A stretch of DNA of 64,000 nucleotides from Octopus vulgaris (taxonomy: Eukaryota): NCBI GenBank assembly GCA_951406725.2, contig OX597821.1, forward strand, positions 80,538,001-80,602,000. Direction: 5' to 3'. Numbering within the stretch: the first letter of the stretch is position 1; the number at the start of each line of letters is the position of its first letter. Made by a program: the position numbers and the translations under genes. Positions 25,368 to 39,232 of the stretch are shown here, piece after piece. The notes under the pieces are model-generated. The model was not told the DNA's origin, ran no database searches, and was given only the letters and a program-made list of their open reading frames with translations.

Positions 25368-25424
25368 ATATATATACATATTACTAAACTGCAAGGTTCA
25401 TGCTTTCGATCGCATTACTATCTA

Positions 25425-26435
25425 TTAGCATTATGACCCGTCGTTGCCGGGTCATAGTGCTAGTGCGTATATATATATGTGTACATATTACATGTACATC
25501 TATATATATACATCTACACATAAAATACAAAATACAAAGTTATATCTTGATATCGCTAGTGATAACAATACTCAAAATATATAACAGACTGGAATTGTAG
25601 GCCCGTGTCTTGCAATTTCGATCAATTGTATCTTGTCCTCCCTCTTGTATAGAAGTGTGGCTACAATCCAGCCTACCTCAACTTCGGGGGGAAGGCGCAT
25701 TTTTATTTTTCATCCGGCACGTCCTACGTCCCAGATATAAAGGTAAAAATAAAATATTTCCACTTTGCAAGTTCGAGTCGAGTACTCCCTTGCACGCTCC
25801 GTTGACTCGAACCTTGCTTCTATTGTGGCGAATTTACCGCCTCTGGTTAGATATCTTTCATAGTCGCACAAAGACATTTTTCGATGGTGCTTTCCTCCAG
25901 GTGTTCAAATCTTCTTTTTCTCTACATTGTATACTTTATAGACAATAGTCTTTTCTTTAATTTAATTTTTTATTATCCATCTGGACTATTCCATTTCTGC
26001 ACGCTAAATTTATTTTCAATTTATTCCCGTTCATGTGAAACCACTTATTCAAGTTCAAGTCATTGATGCAATTTTATACCAATTGCTATTTTTACTTTTG
26101 TTATGTTACGATTATATTATACTTTAGTTTGATTTTAATTATTACTTACTACATATAATTCAATTGCTATTATTATTTTTATCGTTAAAGTGAAAGTATC
26201 TGACATAAAATAGAGAAATGTTTTTGTTTCACTTTTAACACGTAATATTGAAATAGTGGAGAAGATATGATATTGTTATGGGCTTGCTCTAGGCAAGAAG
26301 TTGAACATTTTTTTTGCCCATGAAACTACATGGACTCTAAGTAAGGCATGTGTAAAATTTGAATGAAATTGGTTGTGTAGTTCTCAAGTTTTAGGGAAAC
26401 ACACAGACAGACAGACAGACACACATTCTCAGTTT

Positions 26436-26440
<5 letters not shown>
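25425..26440 (-). mobile_element. Non-autonomous Helitron, longer copy of the 12338-12979 family
   Basis: Reverse complement of 12338-12979 plus an extra ~385-bp internal block (25601-25983). 3' hairpin TATGACCCG/CGGGTCATA; end CTAG is mutated to CTAA. Confidence 0.8.
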
Positions 26441-26503
<63 letters not shown>

Positions 26504-26518
26504 TGTGTATATGCATCA

Positions 26519-26562
<44 letters not shown>

Positions 26563-27358
26563 AACACATCATGCACTCATATGGCTGTGTGTACAGGTGT
26601 GCGTGTGTATCTATGTGTATGTACATATATAAGTGGGATTTGTCGCACGCGAGCACAGGAAAGCTCTAGGCTAGTAATCAATCTCATACCGTAGCTCTCA
26701 CCTTTTCTTTCATACGTACATTTCCTCTTCATAAATTGTCACCAGCGTTAGGAATGATGAAATGCTAGCTGCAGGATCTGTTCGTGTGTTTTGTGATAAC
26801 CTTATATTGTCGCCGTAGCCAGACACAGATGTTATCAATCAATAAATACTTGAAAGAGAGATAAAACGAGGTGAGGTTGCAGGGATTTTGAAATATAGAC
26901 ATAGGATTATTTACTTTCCGATAGCTTGTTTAAATTTCAGGTGTGTCTGTGCTGAGGAATGATGCGGAATGTTCTGTTTTTACCTGAGAAACAGAACTCC
27001 ACTTCATTCAACTTCTAAATGGAGCGATGCTGTTTAAAACTGAAATATACACATATATGCCTACAATATGTCTGTTCCCCAAGATGTGAAACCACATTTA
27101 TATATTTAATTAATATATTTGATTAATAACTGAATGTCGCAAAAATATCTCAAAGGACTCTGTTGGTTTCTCTAGACTCATTGACGAAACCAAACGAAGG
27201 CAAAACTCTGAAGTTACTGTCAACCTTCTCATTGTAAAAATAATATGAAAATCTACCTAAATATCTTGGAGAAGTCCTCAATATATGCATTATATTTATA
27301 ACTATACACAAAGGAAGTGTGAATATATTCATACACTAATATGTGTGTGTGTGTGTAA

Positions 27359-27421
<63 letters not shown>

Positions 27422-27449
27422 ATGTGTGTGTATGTATGTATACTTGTAC

Positions 27450-27530
<81 letters not shown>

Positions 27531-27777
27531 TAATCAAGACACCATAAAGAAGAATGAAGAATAATACATCTTCAAAATTTGTTTATTACAATATTAGTTT
27601 CATTAAATACCAATCCGACACGTGTTTCTGATGGATCAGTGTCGTAGTGTCGTTTGATGTAGCCTTTATGTGCATTTAGTACATATTCATCCAAGATAGA
27701 CATTCCCATGCAACTTTGCTTAAGGCTTTACCCATTCACACGTACATACATACATACGTATATATATGTATGTATAT

Positions 27778-27808
<31 letters not shown>

Positions 27809-28021
27809 ATATATATATATACAGACATACACACACACATATATATACATGTGTATATATATACATATACATATATATATATAAACAGTAAAAATAATTA
27901 CAGACATGGATAAGAACATGAAACACCACAGAGACGACACAAGAACCACAGGACGGACATATATCATATATCATATATATATATATATATATACATATAT
28001 TTATATATATATATAAATATA

Positions 28022-28420
28022 GCGTAGGAGTGGCTGTGTGACAAGTAGCTTGCTAACCAACCACATGGTTCCGTGTTCAGTCCCACTGTGTGGCATCTTG
28101 GGCAAGTGTCTTCTACTATAGCCTCGGGCCGACCAAAGCCTTGTGAGTGGATTTGGTAAACTGAACGAAGTCCGTCGTAAACTGAACGAAGTCCGTCGTG
28201 TTTGTGTGTGTGTGTACATGTGTGTGTGTACATGTGTGTGTGTGTGTATAAGTTTGTGTGTCTGTGTTTGTCCCCCAACATCGCTTGACAACCGATGCTG
28301 GTGTGTTTACGTCCCCGTAACTTAGCCGCTTACAAAGAATAAGTCCTGGGGTCGATTTGCTCGACTAAAGGTGGTGTTCCAGCATGCCCACAATCAAATG
28401 ACTGAAACAAGTAAAAGAGT
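28022..28420 (+). mobile_element. SINE A with an internal 21-bp tandem duplication and a deletion in the 3' module
   Basis: Family A sequence; GTAAACTGAACGAAGTCCGTC twice at 28156-28197. Confidence 0.85.
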
Positions 28421-29508
28421 ATGTGTATATATATATATATATACACACACATATATATATATATGTATGTGTGCTTGCATGTATGTATGTACGTATGCAT
28501 ATAGAGTATAAAGTTAATAAACATTAAAATGAACGATGCAAAAAGAATATATTTGGCAATGGTTTAACGCTTGAGAAATTACTCGGACGTAAGTCCTTCA
28601 GCTGCAAAAAGCAAAAAGGAAAAGAAAAACTAAGAAAGTGTGAAGCAGAAAAAGAAAGGGGAGAGAAATAGTGAGTGTATAAAAAGAAAGAGAAAACGAA
28701 CAGAAAACTACAAAATTAAAAGGGAGAAAGAGATGGAGAAGGAAGGTGAAGAGTTAGAGACGAGGAGGGAATGCTGTGTTGTGGGAGAGGTGCTGAGAAG
28801 GGCGGAAGAGGCAGGAGTATAAATGTACATATTAAAATGTTACTGCATCTCGAAGCAGGCGTAAAGGGAATAGTGTCTGCGTATTTGTTGGTGTGGTGTA
28901 CGTCTGTGTACAAGTGTGAAAGTTGCTTCGTAGGGGAGGGTGTATGTGTGTGTACGTGTGTATGTAATTGTTAAATTCGTAGAATTAAAGACTGTGTGTG
29001 AGGCAGTAAGAGCGCGTGTGTTTGAATAAGAATGTTGAAAAAACACGGTGGGATGACGAGAGCAAGGCAGAAGGTGTTTTGTGTGTGCAAATGCATAAAC
29101 AATAGCTAGGATTGGTGATAAATCCTTTTTTTTCCCCGTTTTTTTTTTGTTTGTTTGTTTTTTCAAGAATGCAGCTGTGAAACAATGAAAGAATAGTTGA
29201 AAAAATTCGAGAAACTAAAATTCGAATTTGAGAGAGAAAAGTAAGATTGGTCAAATTCCTAAAAGGAAGAAAACAATAGAAGAAATTGGTAAAATGTCCA
29301 AGAATATGGTAAAGTCCGAGAAGGAGGTGAAATAATATTGATGTTACAAGGTGTAAAGCAAGGTGTTAGCACACAGGACCTGCAGAGACGAAAGAAAATA
29401 GCTGACGGAAGGAGAGAAGAATAAACGTCCTTTTTGAGAGAAGTGGGTAGAAAAGGGAAGGAAAGCGGAACAAAATATGTGAGCATATGAAGGAGAACTA
29501 ACTGTATG

Positions 29509-29539
<31 letters not shown>

Positions 29540-29590
29540 GTATGTATGTATGTATGTATCTATCTATCTATCTATCTATCTCTCTGTCTG

Positions 29591-29631
<41 letters not shown>

Positions 29632-29946
29632 ACTTGGCAACTTGTATTGGTTTATTACGCCCTTGTAACTTAGCGGTTCGGCCAAAAGAAACGATAGGAT
29701 AAATACCTGACTTAAAAATAAGAACTATGACCAATTTGTTCGACTAAATCCTTCAAGGCCACCAAGTTCACAGCATCACTGCAATCCAATAACTGGAACA
29801 GGTAAAATACACACACACACACACATATATATTATATAAGTATCATATATATATGTGTGTGTGTGTGTATGTATATATAGACACACAAATATGTACATGT
29901 GTATATGCTTGAACATACATGTTTGTCTCTCTCTCTCTCTGTATAT

Positions 29947-30357
29947 ACTCTTTTACTCTTTTACTTGTTTCAGTCAGTTGACTGCGGCCATGCTGGAGCA
30001 CCGCCTTTAGTCGAGCAAATCGACCCCGGGACTTATTCTTTGTAAGCTCAGTACTTATTCTATCGATCTCTTTTGCCGAACCGCTAAGTGACGGGGACGT
30101 AAACACACCAGCATCGGTTGTCAAGCAATGCTAGGGGGACAAACACAGACACACAAACATATACACACACACTTATATACATATATACATATATACGACA
30201 GGCTTCTTTCAGTTTCCGTCTACCAAATCCACTCACAAGGCATTGGTCGGCCCGAGGCTATAGCAGAAGACACTTGCCCAAGATGTCACGCAGTGGGACT
30301 GAACCCGGAACCATGTGGTTGGTTAGCAAGCTACTTACCACACAGCCACTCCTGCGC
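29947..30357 (-). mobile_element. SINE A, full length
   Basis: Very similar to the reverse complement of 8175-8568. Confidence 0.9.
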
Positions 30358-30361
30358 ATAT

Positions 30362-30620
<259 letters not shown>

Positions 30621-30630
30621 GTTGTTGTTG

Positions 30631-31238
30631 CTGGACAACATACACCCGGCAAGAATGCCGCCTCAGCGGCTTCCACACGCGGTGTCTTCGACGGATCCTT
30701 GGCATCTCCTGGAGGGACCGAGTACCAAACGGAGTCATCCTAGAACAGACTAATATGCCAAGCATGCATGCCCTCCTCGTGCGGAGACGACTGCGCTGGC
30801 TCGGACACGTCTGCCGCATTCAGGACGGTCGCATGCCTAAAGACATCCTGTACAGCGAACTCACCACGGGATCCCGACCCAAGGGACGTCCACAGCTACG
30901 ATACAGGGATGTGTGCAAGCGCGACCTGAGGACTGCCAACATCTGTGTGGACACGTGGGAGGTAACAGCTGCTGACCGCTCTGCCTGGCGTCGGACAGTG
31001 AAGAAAGGCGTTTCCATGGCTGAGGAAAGGAGAGCACAGCTGTGGTCGGTCAGGCGGGACAGGAGGAGGACAACTGTAGCAACACCCCACACGTACCCAT
31101 CGATGTTCGTGTGCAGCAACTGTACCAGGGACTGCCACTCTAGAATTGGACTGTTCAGTCACAGCAGACGCTGCTCATCATCAAAGTAGGCCCCACCCTT
31201 GGCGCGACCCATTGTCTATCAAGACAGACGGGAGAAGA
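30631..31238 (+). mobile_element. 5'-truncated RTE-clade (BovB-like) LINE 3' end with an uninterrupted ORF to the stop at 31189
   Basis: [79 protein letters not shown], ending in the zinc finger [21 protein letters not shown]. Confidence 0.92.
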
Positions 31239-31541
31239 TATATATATATATATATATATAAATATAAAGACAACGAAAGTCCAAAGGACGTACAAAGTGA
31301 ATGTATAAATTTGACGCCGCTCAGTTTAAGATGTAAAAAAGAGTGGGGTGTGACGTTTTGAGCATTGCTCTTCAGAAATAGGAAGAAGGAAAGGTATGGA
31401 GAGAAGATTAATCCGAGAAAAAAAGAGTCCTAGGAAAATACGTGTGTCCATTACATGGCTGATATATGATCCGCCTACAGGTCATACGTTTTTAGCCATA
31501 ATGCTCTTTCATTAGTTATTAATCAATCGAAGATATACTTT

Positions 31542-32035
31542 CTTTATATCCTACTTAACATGGATATCTTGCGAAAGCACCGAATACTGCGTTATTAACT
31601 TTGAGGAGATCCTCTCATATAGGGGCTTGGTGCATAAAAGCACGCACATAGGTCGTAGCAGGCAAGATTCGTCTCTCATGGGCGCCGGAATTCAGATATC
31701 ACGTAATTTCATTCTACTGGAAATCATCAGTGGGAAGCGGCCAGCCTCCGCATCCCAATCAAATCTCGCTGCTACAATATATAGAATATCAACATCTTTT
31801 CAGGCACTGATCTCGCAAATAGCCAACAGAATAATCAAAAATTAATTACTAGCGACGGAAGCGGTATTAATGACAAAAGGTAAACTTTATATCCAGCTTA
31901 ACATGGTTGTCTTGTTCGAGTACCGAATACTGCGTTATTAGCCTTGGGAGAGCCTCTCATACAGGCGTTTGATGCATAAGAGTACACACATAGATCGTAA
32001 CATACGAGAATCACTTGTCATGAGTGCCAGAATTC
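31542..32035. repeat. Diverged ~150-bp direct repeat (31542-31693 and 31886-32035)
   Basis: CTTTATATCC..CTTAACATGG..ACCGAATACTGCGTTATTA..CCTCTCATA..TGCATAA..CACATAG.TCGTA..TCATG.G.GCC.GAATTC occurs twice. Confidence 0.75.
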
Positions 32036-32561
32036 TAATAATTTCCTGTTTTGCATGAACTCGCTAGCATTCTTTTTTTTTTTATTATTATTATGTAAAA
32101 CATAATTTGAAAAGGAAGTGCCAAAACGTTGTGTGCTTATTAAAACTGGATCTGAAATAGGAATTCGTTGCTGGATTATGAGAAACTTGAGTTAAATGTA
32201 TAATGAAAGCAGGTGCAATATTTAACTCCAGAAGAGCTAAACAGGTAACACTAATGGTTGTACGTTTTTTTGAAAGGTAAGAATGATTTCTAGCATGGAA
32301 AAGATACAGCTATGAATTGAAACAGTAAGGTATTAAATACGTAATATGTACGTGCGTATATGTGTGTGTGTGCGCGAGCGTGTGTGTGTTCGTGCGTACG
32401 CATGAGTGTGTGTGTGTGTGTTTACATGTACACATATGTACGACTGAATGCAAACACGATAAAACGAACTTAATACAAAGCCAGGAATAATATCCACATT
32501 CCGTGTGCATGTGAGTGTGTGTGTGCGCGCGTGTGTGTGTGTGTGTGTGTGGATGTATGCA

Positions 32562-32604
<43 letters not shown>

Positions 32605-32633
32605 CGTTTATACACACGCACATATATATATGC

Positions 32634-32687
<54 letters not shown>

Positions 32688-33082
32688 TATTACGTTTATA
32701 CATACATACATAAGCATCTTTACAAGTATATATCGATGTGTATATCTATATACATTCATACTTATACGTATTCATTCACATTCACGTTCACATACAAATA
32801 CACATTCGCACACACGCGTAACATATACTTACACACAGGCAAACCCATACATACATACAAACATACATACATGCATGCATTTTCGTACAACCTTTTGAAG
32901 TCCTCACAACATGGCCAACTCCCGTGAGTTGCGAAGAAAGAAACGCGCTTTTATAATTATTCCTTAATTATTCGGATATAAAACCAGATTTTCTATTAAA
33001 TAGCCACACACTAAATCTTCACTTAGAATATCTACTGAATTCTTTGTTCAATTTCGAAGAAAGTGCTTCTAAGACACACACA

Positions 33083-33184
<102 letters not shown>

Positions 33185-33445
33185 ACACACACACACACTC
33201 ACACACACACACACACACACAATATATATATATACATACATACCTATACATATATATTCAATTCAGTTTGGAACTCTGTTATGTCGTCTTATCTTAATTA
33301 ATCCTTTCGTTGATTTATCTTAATACCTATACACATGGATATACATTCTTAAACATGCACATACAGGCACGTATACATATACGTGTGTGTGAATGTATAT
33401 ATGTGTATGTGCGCACGTGTGTGTGTGTATATATATGTATATATA

Positions 33446-33490
<45 letters not shown>

Positions 33491-33493
<3 letters not shown>

Positions 33494-33910
33494 AGAGGCT
33501 GTGTGGTAAGTAGCTTGCTTACTAACCACATAGTTCTAGGATCAGTCCCACTGCGTGGTACCTTGGGCAAGTGTCTTCTACTATAGCCTCGGGCCGACCA
33601 AAGCCTTGTGAGTGGATTTGGCAGACGAAAAATGAAAAAACCCGTCATATATATGTATATATATAAATGTGTGTGTGTATGTTTGTGTGTCTGTGTCCGT
33701 GTGTGTGTATGTTTGTGTGTCTATGTCCCTCGTAACATCGCTTGATAACCGATGCTGGTGTGTTTACGTCTCCGTAACTTAGCGGTTCGGCAAAAGAGAC
33801 CGATAGAATAAGTACTAGGGTTACAAAGAATAAGTCCTGGGATCGATTTGCTCAATTAAAGGCGGTGCTTCACCATGGCCACAGTCAAATGACTGAAACA
33901 AGTAAAAGAG
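33491..33910 (+). mobile_element. SINE A, full length
   Basis: Family A head, internal (TA)/(TG) tract and 3' module. Confidence 0.9.
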
Positions 33911-33921
33911 TAAATTAGTAA

Positions 33922-33984
<63 letters not shown>

Positions 33985-34327
33985 GTGCGTGTATATATAT
34001 ATATATATATAAATATTTATATATACACGCGCGTATATGTCAGTATTTGAGTGTATGCGTATGTTATGTGTATAAGGGCGTTTGTCCGTCCCCCTTTGAA
34101 TGTATGTGTTTGTGTACAACTAGAAAATCTGTGTGATAAAATTCAGCTTATTCAATATTTTCCATCCATCCTCCATGATGTCATGCATGGGGACTAAATC
34201 CGACTCCACGCGGTTTCAAAGTGAGCTTCTTAACTACACAGTCATGTCTGCTACTGAACACAAGACGACTGCTCACAAGTGATACGGTCTTTCGGAGTAA
34301 AAGACAGAAATACATGAAGAACTTGTA

Positions 34328-34893
34328 CTGGGTTGTCCGGAAAGTTCGTGCCGATTTTTAAAGGAAAGAAAAAGGTCAATAAATATTTGCCATTACATTT
34401 TTAATCGACCAAATATGAACCATTTTGTTGCACAATGCGTCTCCATCTTTCCTTTAACTTAAAAATATAATCTTCCCAGAATTGAGGTGATTTCATGGCA
34501 AAGAATTCATCAAGGTATCTTTTTACGTCATCCAAGGAATTGAAATTTTTACTATTAAGACTATTCTGCAGAGACCTGAATGAGTGGAAATCCGAAGGAG
34601 CAATATCTGGTGAATATGGAGGGTGGGGTAACACGTCCCAGCCGAGTTGCAGCAATTTTTGTCTGGTTCCCAAAGCATCAAGTGCCGAAAATGAACTTTC
34701 TTATCTTCCATTTTAAAGGGTTACAGAATTAACACAGGTTATAGGAACATAAACCTTCTTCCACGAAAAGATAGCTTAAACTGTGCTCAAAATGGAGGTG
34801 TAGTCAAATTCTATTTTATGGGCTCAACCATGTTCTAAAATAAGTCGAAAGCTAAGCTACTATAAATCGGCACGAACTTTTCGGACAATCCAG
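34328..34893 (-). mobile_element. Internally deleted mariner (DD34D) element with both TIRs
   Basis: TIRs CTGGGTTGTCCGGAAAGTTCGTGCCGATTT and AAATCGGCACGAACTTTTCGGACAATCCAG; TA on the left, CA on the right. N-terminus MEDKKVHFRHLMLWE is joined to C-terminus LGWDVLPHPPYSPDIAPSDFHSFRSLQNSL..KLKERWRRIVQQNGSY. Confidence 0.92.
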
Positions 34894-36259
34894 CAGTAAC
34901 AGTATTAGGCAGCAATGAAAGAAATACAGTTGTATCCTACACCTTATATTGCGCATTCTTCTCCTGTGTGTGAGTGTGGAAGTGATCGACTTTCGTGCAG
35001 GTTTCGTCTATTAAACATCAGTTACAAAGTATCTCTTTCCTCAAACCCGGAATCATAGATCACACAGGGAATCAAAGCCGGCCATGGTGGGATTTGAACG
35101 CAGAGACCAGGAAATCGGAAAGAATAAAGGGTTGTAACGGACGCTTTGTTGACTGTGTCACTTCGCCGCCTCAGATTGGATTTAAGTGATCTTTTTTTCC
35201 TTTAAGATTAATCGTAACCTTTATAATGCACTTTTGACAATGTCACGCAAGTGAGGTCACCATAACAGATTAAAGAATGCGAAGCCATAATTTCTCTCTC
35301 TTCCCCCCTCTCTCTCTCTCCTCTTTTATCCGTCTCTTTCTCTCACCTCGCTGTCCTTCTCTCTTTCATCTCTCCCCCCTCTCTCTCTGTTTCTCTTTTC
35401 TCTAATATTTTGCAACGAACGCCTCCACCACCATCACCTCCACTATAGCTTTTATTATTACAACTAACACCGTCACCACTTCCACTACCATTATGATCCG
35501 CACCGTCTTCGCTCGCATCACCATAATGCTGTAGCACATATACACACACACAAATGCTAAAGAAAGAATCTCCTTGTGGTTGCTTGATTACTAGAAATAG
35601 CAGTCAAATATCACCACCTCCTTTAAAAAAAAAGTAAACACTTTGGACTATGTAGCACTATATATTAATACGATCGCCTGTGTGTATTAAGGTGCATAGC
35701 CTTGTAGTTAATGTCTTCGGCTCATCATCATAAAGTCGTAAGTTCAAATCATAGCAGTGCATTGTGTTCTTGAGCAGGGCACTTTATTTTATGCTACTCC
35801 AGTCCACCCAGCTGGTAGAAAATGAGTAATTCTGTGACAGACCGTCCAGGGAGGAACATATACGCCAGAGAAACTAGGAAACCGGCTCCATGCTCTTTAC
35901 GGAGTAATGAGGTCTAGACATAAAGACCTGAACCATCTTAGTCCTTTCTTATTTCTTCTTTACTTACCCTTTCTTTGTTGCATCTTCCAAACCAAGATCT
36001 AAATATTCATTTCATTCTTTCCAGCCTACAACCTACCTCTCTATTAAGTTTATTTTTAAAAATTGTTAGAGGATATAACGTCAAAGGTAGCCTATAGAAA
36101 GAGGAGGGGTTAAGACTTATCAGCCCTTCTAGCTCTGACATCGGTGTACTTAATAAAAATATACTAGATAAATATGTCCCTACATTAATTAAAAAATTAA
36201 AACTTAGTTTATGGTCCATTTCATTCCAAGTCGTCGACTGATATATATATATGTATATG

Positions 36260-36643
36260 TGGAGGCGCAATGGCCCAGTGGTTAGGGCAGCGGACTCGCG
36301 GTCATAGGATTGCGGTTTCGATTCACAGACCGGGCGTTGTGAGTGTTTATTGAGCGAAAACACCTAAAAGCTCCACGAGTCTCCGGCAGGGGATGGTGGT
36401 GATCCCTGCTGTACTCTTTCACCACAACTTTCTCTCACTCTTACTTCCTGTTTCTGTTGTACCTGTACTTCAAAGGGCCGGCCTTGTCACTCTCTGTGTC
36501 ACGCTGAATATCCCCGACAACTACGTTAAGGGTACACGTGTCTGTGGAGTGCTCAGCCACTTACACGTTAATTTCACGAGCAGGCTGTTCCGTTGATTCG
36601 GATCAACCGGAACCCTCGTCGTCGTAACCGACGGAGTGCTTCC
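36260..36643 (+). mobile_element. tRNA-derived SINE, family C (older relatives at ~35690-35900, ~48400-48560, ~61235-61560)
   Basis: GGCGCAATGGCCCAGTGGTTAGGG (A box), GGTTTCGATTC (B box), non-tRNA body, inserted in TA-rich DNA. Confidence 0.75.
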
Positions 36644-36724
36644 TATATGTATAATCATATTTATACACATGCCTATAATTATATGTGTATCTATATAAAA
36701 TACATATACATAAGCCACCCTCTC

Positions 36725-38055
36725 AAATGTTGTACATCGCTGGTCACAATGCAGTTCCATTTCTTGTTTGCGCGATTCGTTTCCATCTTATCCCAAATCG
36801 CTCAACTAAATCATGTTCGCATAGTCGTGAAGGTCTTCCGAGTAGCCTTTTCCCCTCACTTGGATACAACTCTACGGGTTCACCTATCGGCTCTAAATCT
36901 CGCGATATTCCCGGCCCAGCGAAAGTTGTGTTTTCTGTGATTATATCGCTCGCTCTGTTCCGTTTTTGAATTATCCCTGCACATCTCAAGGAAGAATCAA
37001 CGCGTCAAGACCTTCGATGTAACATAGTTGCAGGATGCTTCCAAGAAGGAAGTTTGGAGTCAACTTGATCAGGATTACAATTCCCTGGTCCGAAAAATTA
37101 AAAACTGCAAGCAGAAGGTGAGTACTGCAAGCCAGCTGGAGCCTGAGAGAAGGATCTCTGAGGAGACGAAGAAAATACTAGAGAATCAGAAAACTAGGAA
37201 TGGGAACAGGAAAGATCACCTCGAGTATTTTTTTTTCTCTGCAAAGCGATCGGACTACATAAAGAAAATAACTTCGTGAATTGTAGACTTAAGAAGACTG
37301 CAGAGGAAAAGTTTAAAAAGGTGCAGGAGAGAGCTGGCATTCTATAGGTCAGAGACTACGGCATTTAGAAACAAGGCCGGGCGATGCAAGGTATCAAGGC
37401 ACAAAACACCAAACTGCGCAGAGATGCGAACTCTGAATGCACCACAGATATAGCCCTGCTATCGCCACCAGCAAGAGCTGCAGTTGAAAAGACTGTCAAA
37501 CAAGGAGACATCACCTCTCCATTGTTATTATCCGCATGTCCAGAAATGACCATCAAAGACATTGACTAGGCAGGCGGTTACTTCCAAACCTCCGATGCGC
37601 AGATGACATTGAACGTATTTCTGAAACCAGAAATCAGCTGCAGATCATGCTGACAAGAGCTGGATGCCCATGGCTCAGCAGTAGCCCTTGAAACGAACTC
37701 CATGAAAACGAAATACATGCAGTTTGAAGATGTAGACAAAGCTGGATAGAAGTGAGAAATGATGAAATCGAGTAGGTAAAGGAGAATGTCTACTTAGGAC
37801 ACAAATGCACTGAGACATGCATGCTGAAATGCAAAGAGGATAAGGGCAAAATGGGAGGTCTTTATCTCAACAGAGGACGGGCTCAAAGCAAGGCAGGGAA
37901 TGACCATACGTGCCAGACTCTGCAACAGCACCGTCCTGCCTGCTCTCTCACACGCGGCTGAGGCGTGGGCTATTACAAAGAGGGAAGACCATCGATTGGC
38001 GATGACGCAAATGAAAGATCCATGCTAGTAATATCATCACGACAGCATATTCGAA
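36725..38055. mobile_element. Degenerate RTE-clade (RTE-X-like) LINE with an inverted 5' part: 3' end on the minus strand (36725-36980), upstream part on the plus strand (36990-38055)
   Basis: Plus strand: VEKTVKQGDITSPLLLSAC, ADDI, LCNSTVLPALSHAAEAWAITK, ISSRQHIR. Minus strand: IIQKRNRASDIITE..RWAGNIARF..YPSEGKRLLGRPSRL..DLVERFGIRWKRIAQ. Confidence 0.8.
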
Positions 38056-38159
38056 AATTATTAAGCAACAATATGATATGATATAATATGATGTAATATA
38101 ATATATGATACGATATGATAATATAAGATGATATATAATACAATATGATATATCATGTT

Positions 38160-38355
38160 TTTTTTACTTGTTTCAGTCATTTGACTGCGGCCATGCTGGA
38201 GCACCGCCTTTAGTCGAGCATATCGACCCCGGGACCTATTCTTTCTAAGCCCAGTACTTATTCTATCGGTCTATTTTGCCGAACCACTAAGTTACGGGGA
38301 CGTAAACACGCCAGCATCGGTTATCAAACACAGGGGGACAAACACAGACACACAA

Positions 38356-38404
<49 letters not shown>

Positions 38405-38580
38405 CATATACATATATACGACAGGCTTCTTTCAGTTTCCGTCTACCAAATCCACTCACAAGGCATTGGTCGGCCCGAGGCTATAGCAGAAGACACTTGC
38501 CCACGATGCCACGCAGTGGGACTGAACCCGGAACCATGTGGTTGGTAAGCAAGCTACTTACCACAAAGCCACTCCTGCGC
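38160..38580 (-). mobile_element. SINE A, full length
   Basis: Reverse complement of the family A sequence. Confidence 0.9.
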
Positions 38581-39099
38581 CATGTATATATGAATGTATG
38601 TGTGAACATATGTATAAATAAGCGACGAACCACGTTTACGAATAAACTTATTCTGATGCAATATATATATTAAAAGAAAGGAAGATCTTTCTCAATATGC
38701 AAATATATATGCGTTTGGGGATTACACACTGGTCCCTATATAATTGTCAATGCATAATATGCCTGCATCCTCAAGGATGTACGTTTGAATATAGGAGGAT
38801 TGGGTAAAATGAAGTCCAGTAAGAAGTTATCTGTTAATGGTTATCTATAATTATCACGTCAGACTTCTTAATTCTGCAATGACACTCTCTTTCTCTCACT
38901 CTCTTCTTCTTCTTCTTCTTCTTCTTCTTCTTCTTCTTCTTCTTCTTCTTCTTCTTCTTCTTCTTCTTCACTTTCAGTTTCTCTCTCCATTTCTATGTGC
39001 GCACGCGCATATCTGCGTATGTATGTGTGTATAAACACGTCTGAACATCTAAATAGTCTGGAAACGACTTGTGTACTGACACGTGCATAAGTTATGTAC

Positions 39100-39140
<41 letters not shown>

Positions 39141-39168
39141 TGTACGTGCATATATATACATATATAAG

Positions 39169-39205
<37 letters not shown>

Positions 39206-39232
39206 ATGCGTGGATGTATGAATGCATATATG

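Noticed and set aside
26925-27000. Exon-like segment bounded by TTTCAG on plus and TCTCAG on minus
   Set aside because: Short frames with stops and no recognisable peptide; such signals arise by chance.
36260-36335. tRNA gene
   Set aside because: A and B boxes are present but the sequence continues into a SINE body; the same applies to SINE A and B heads.
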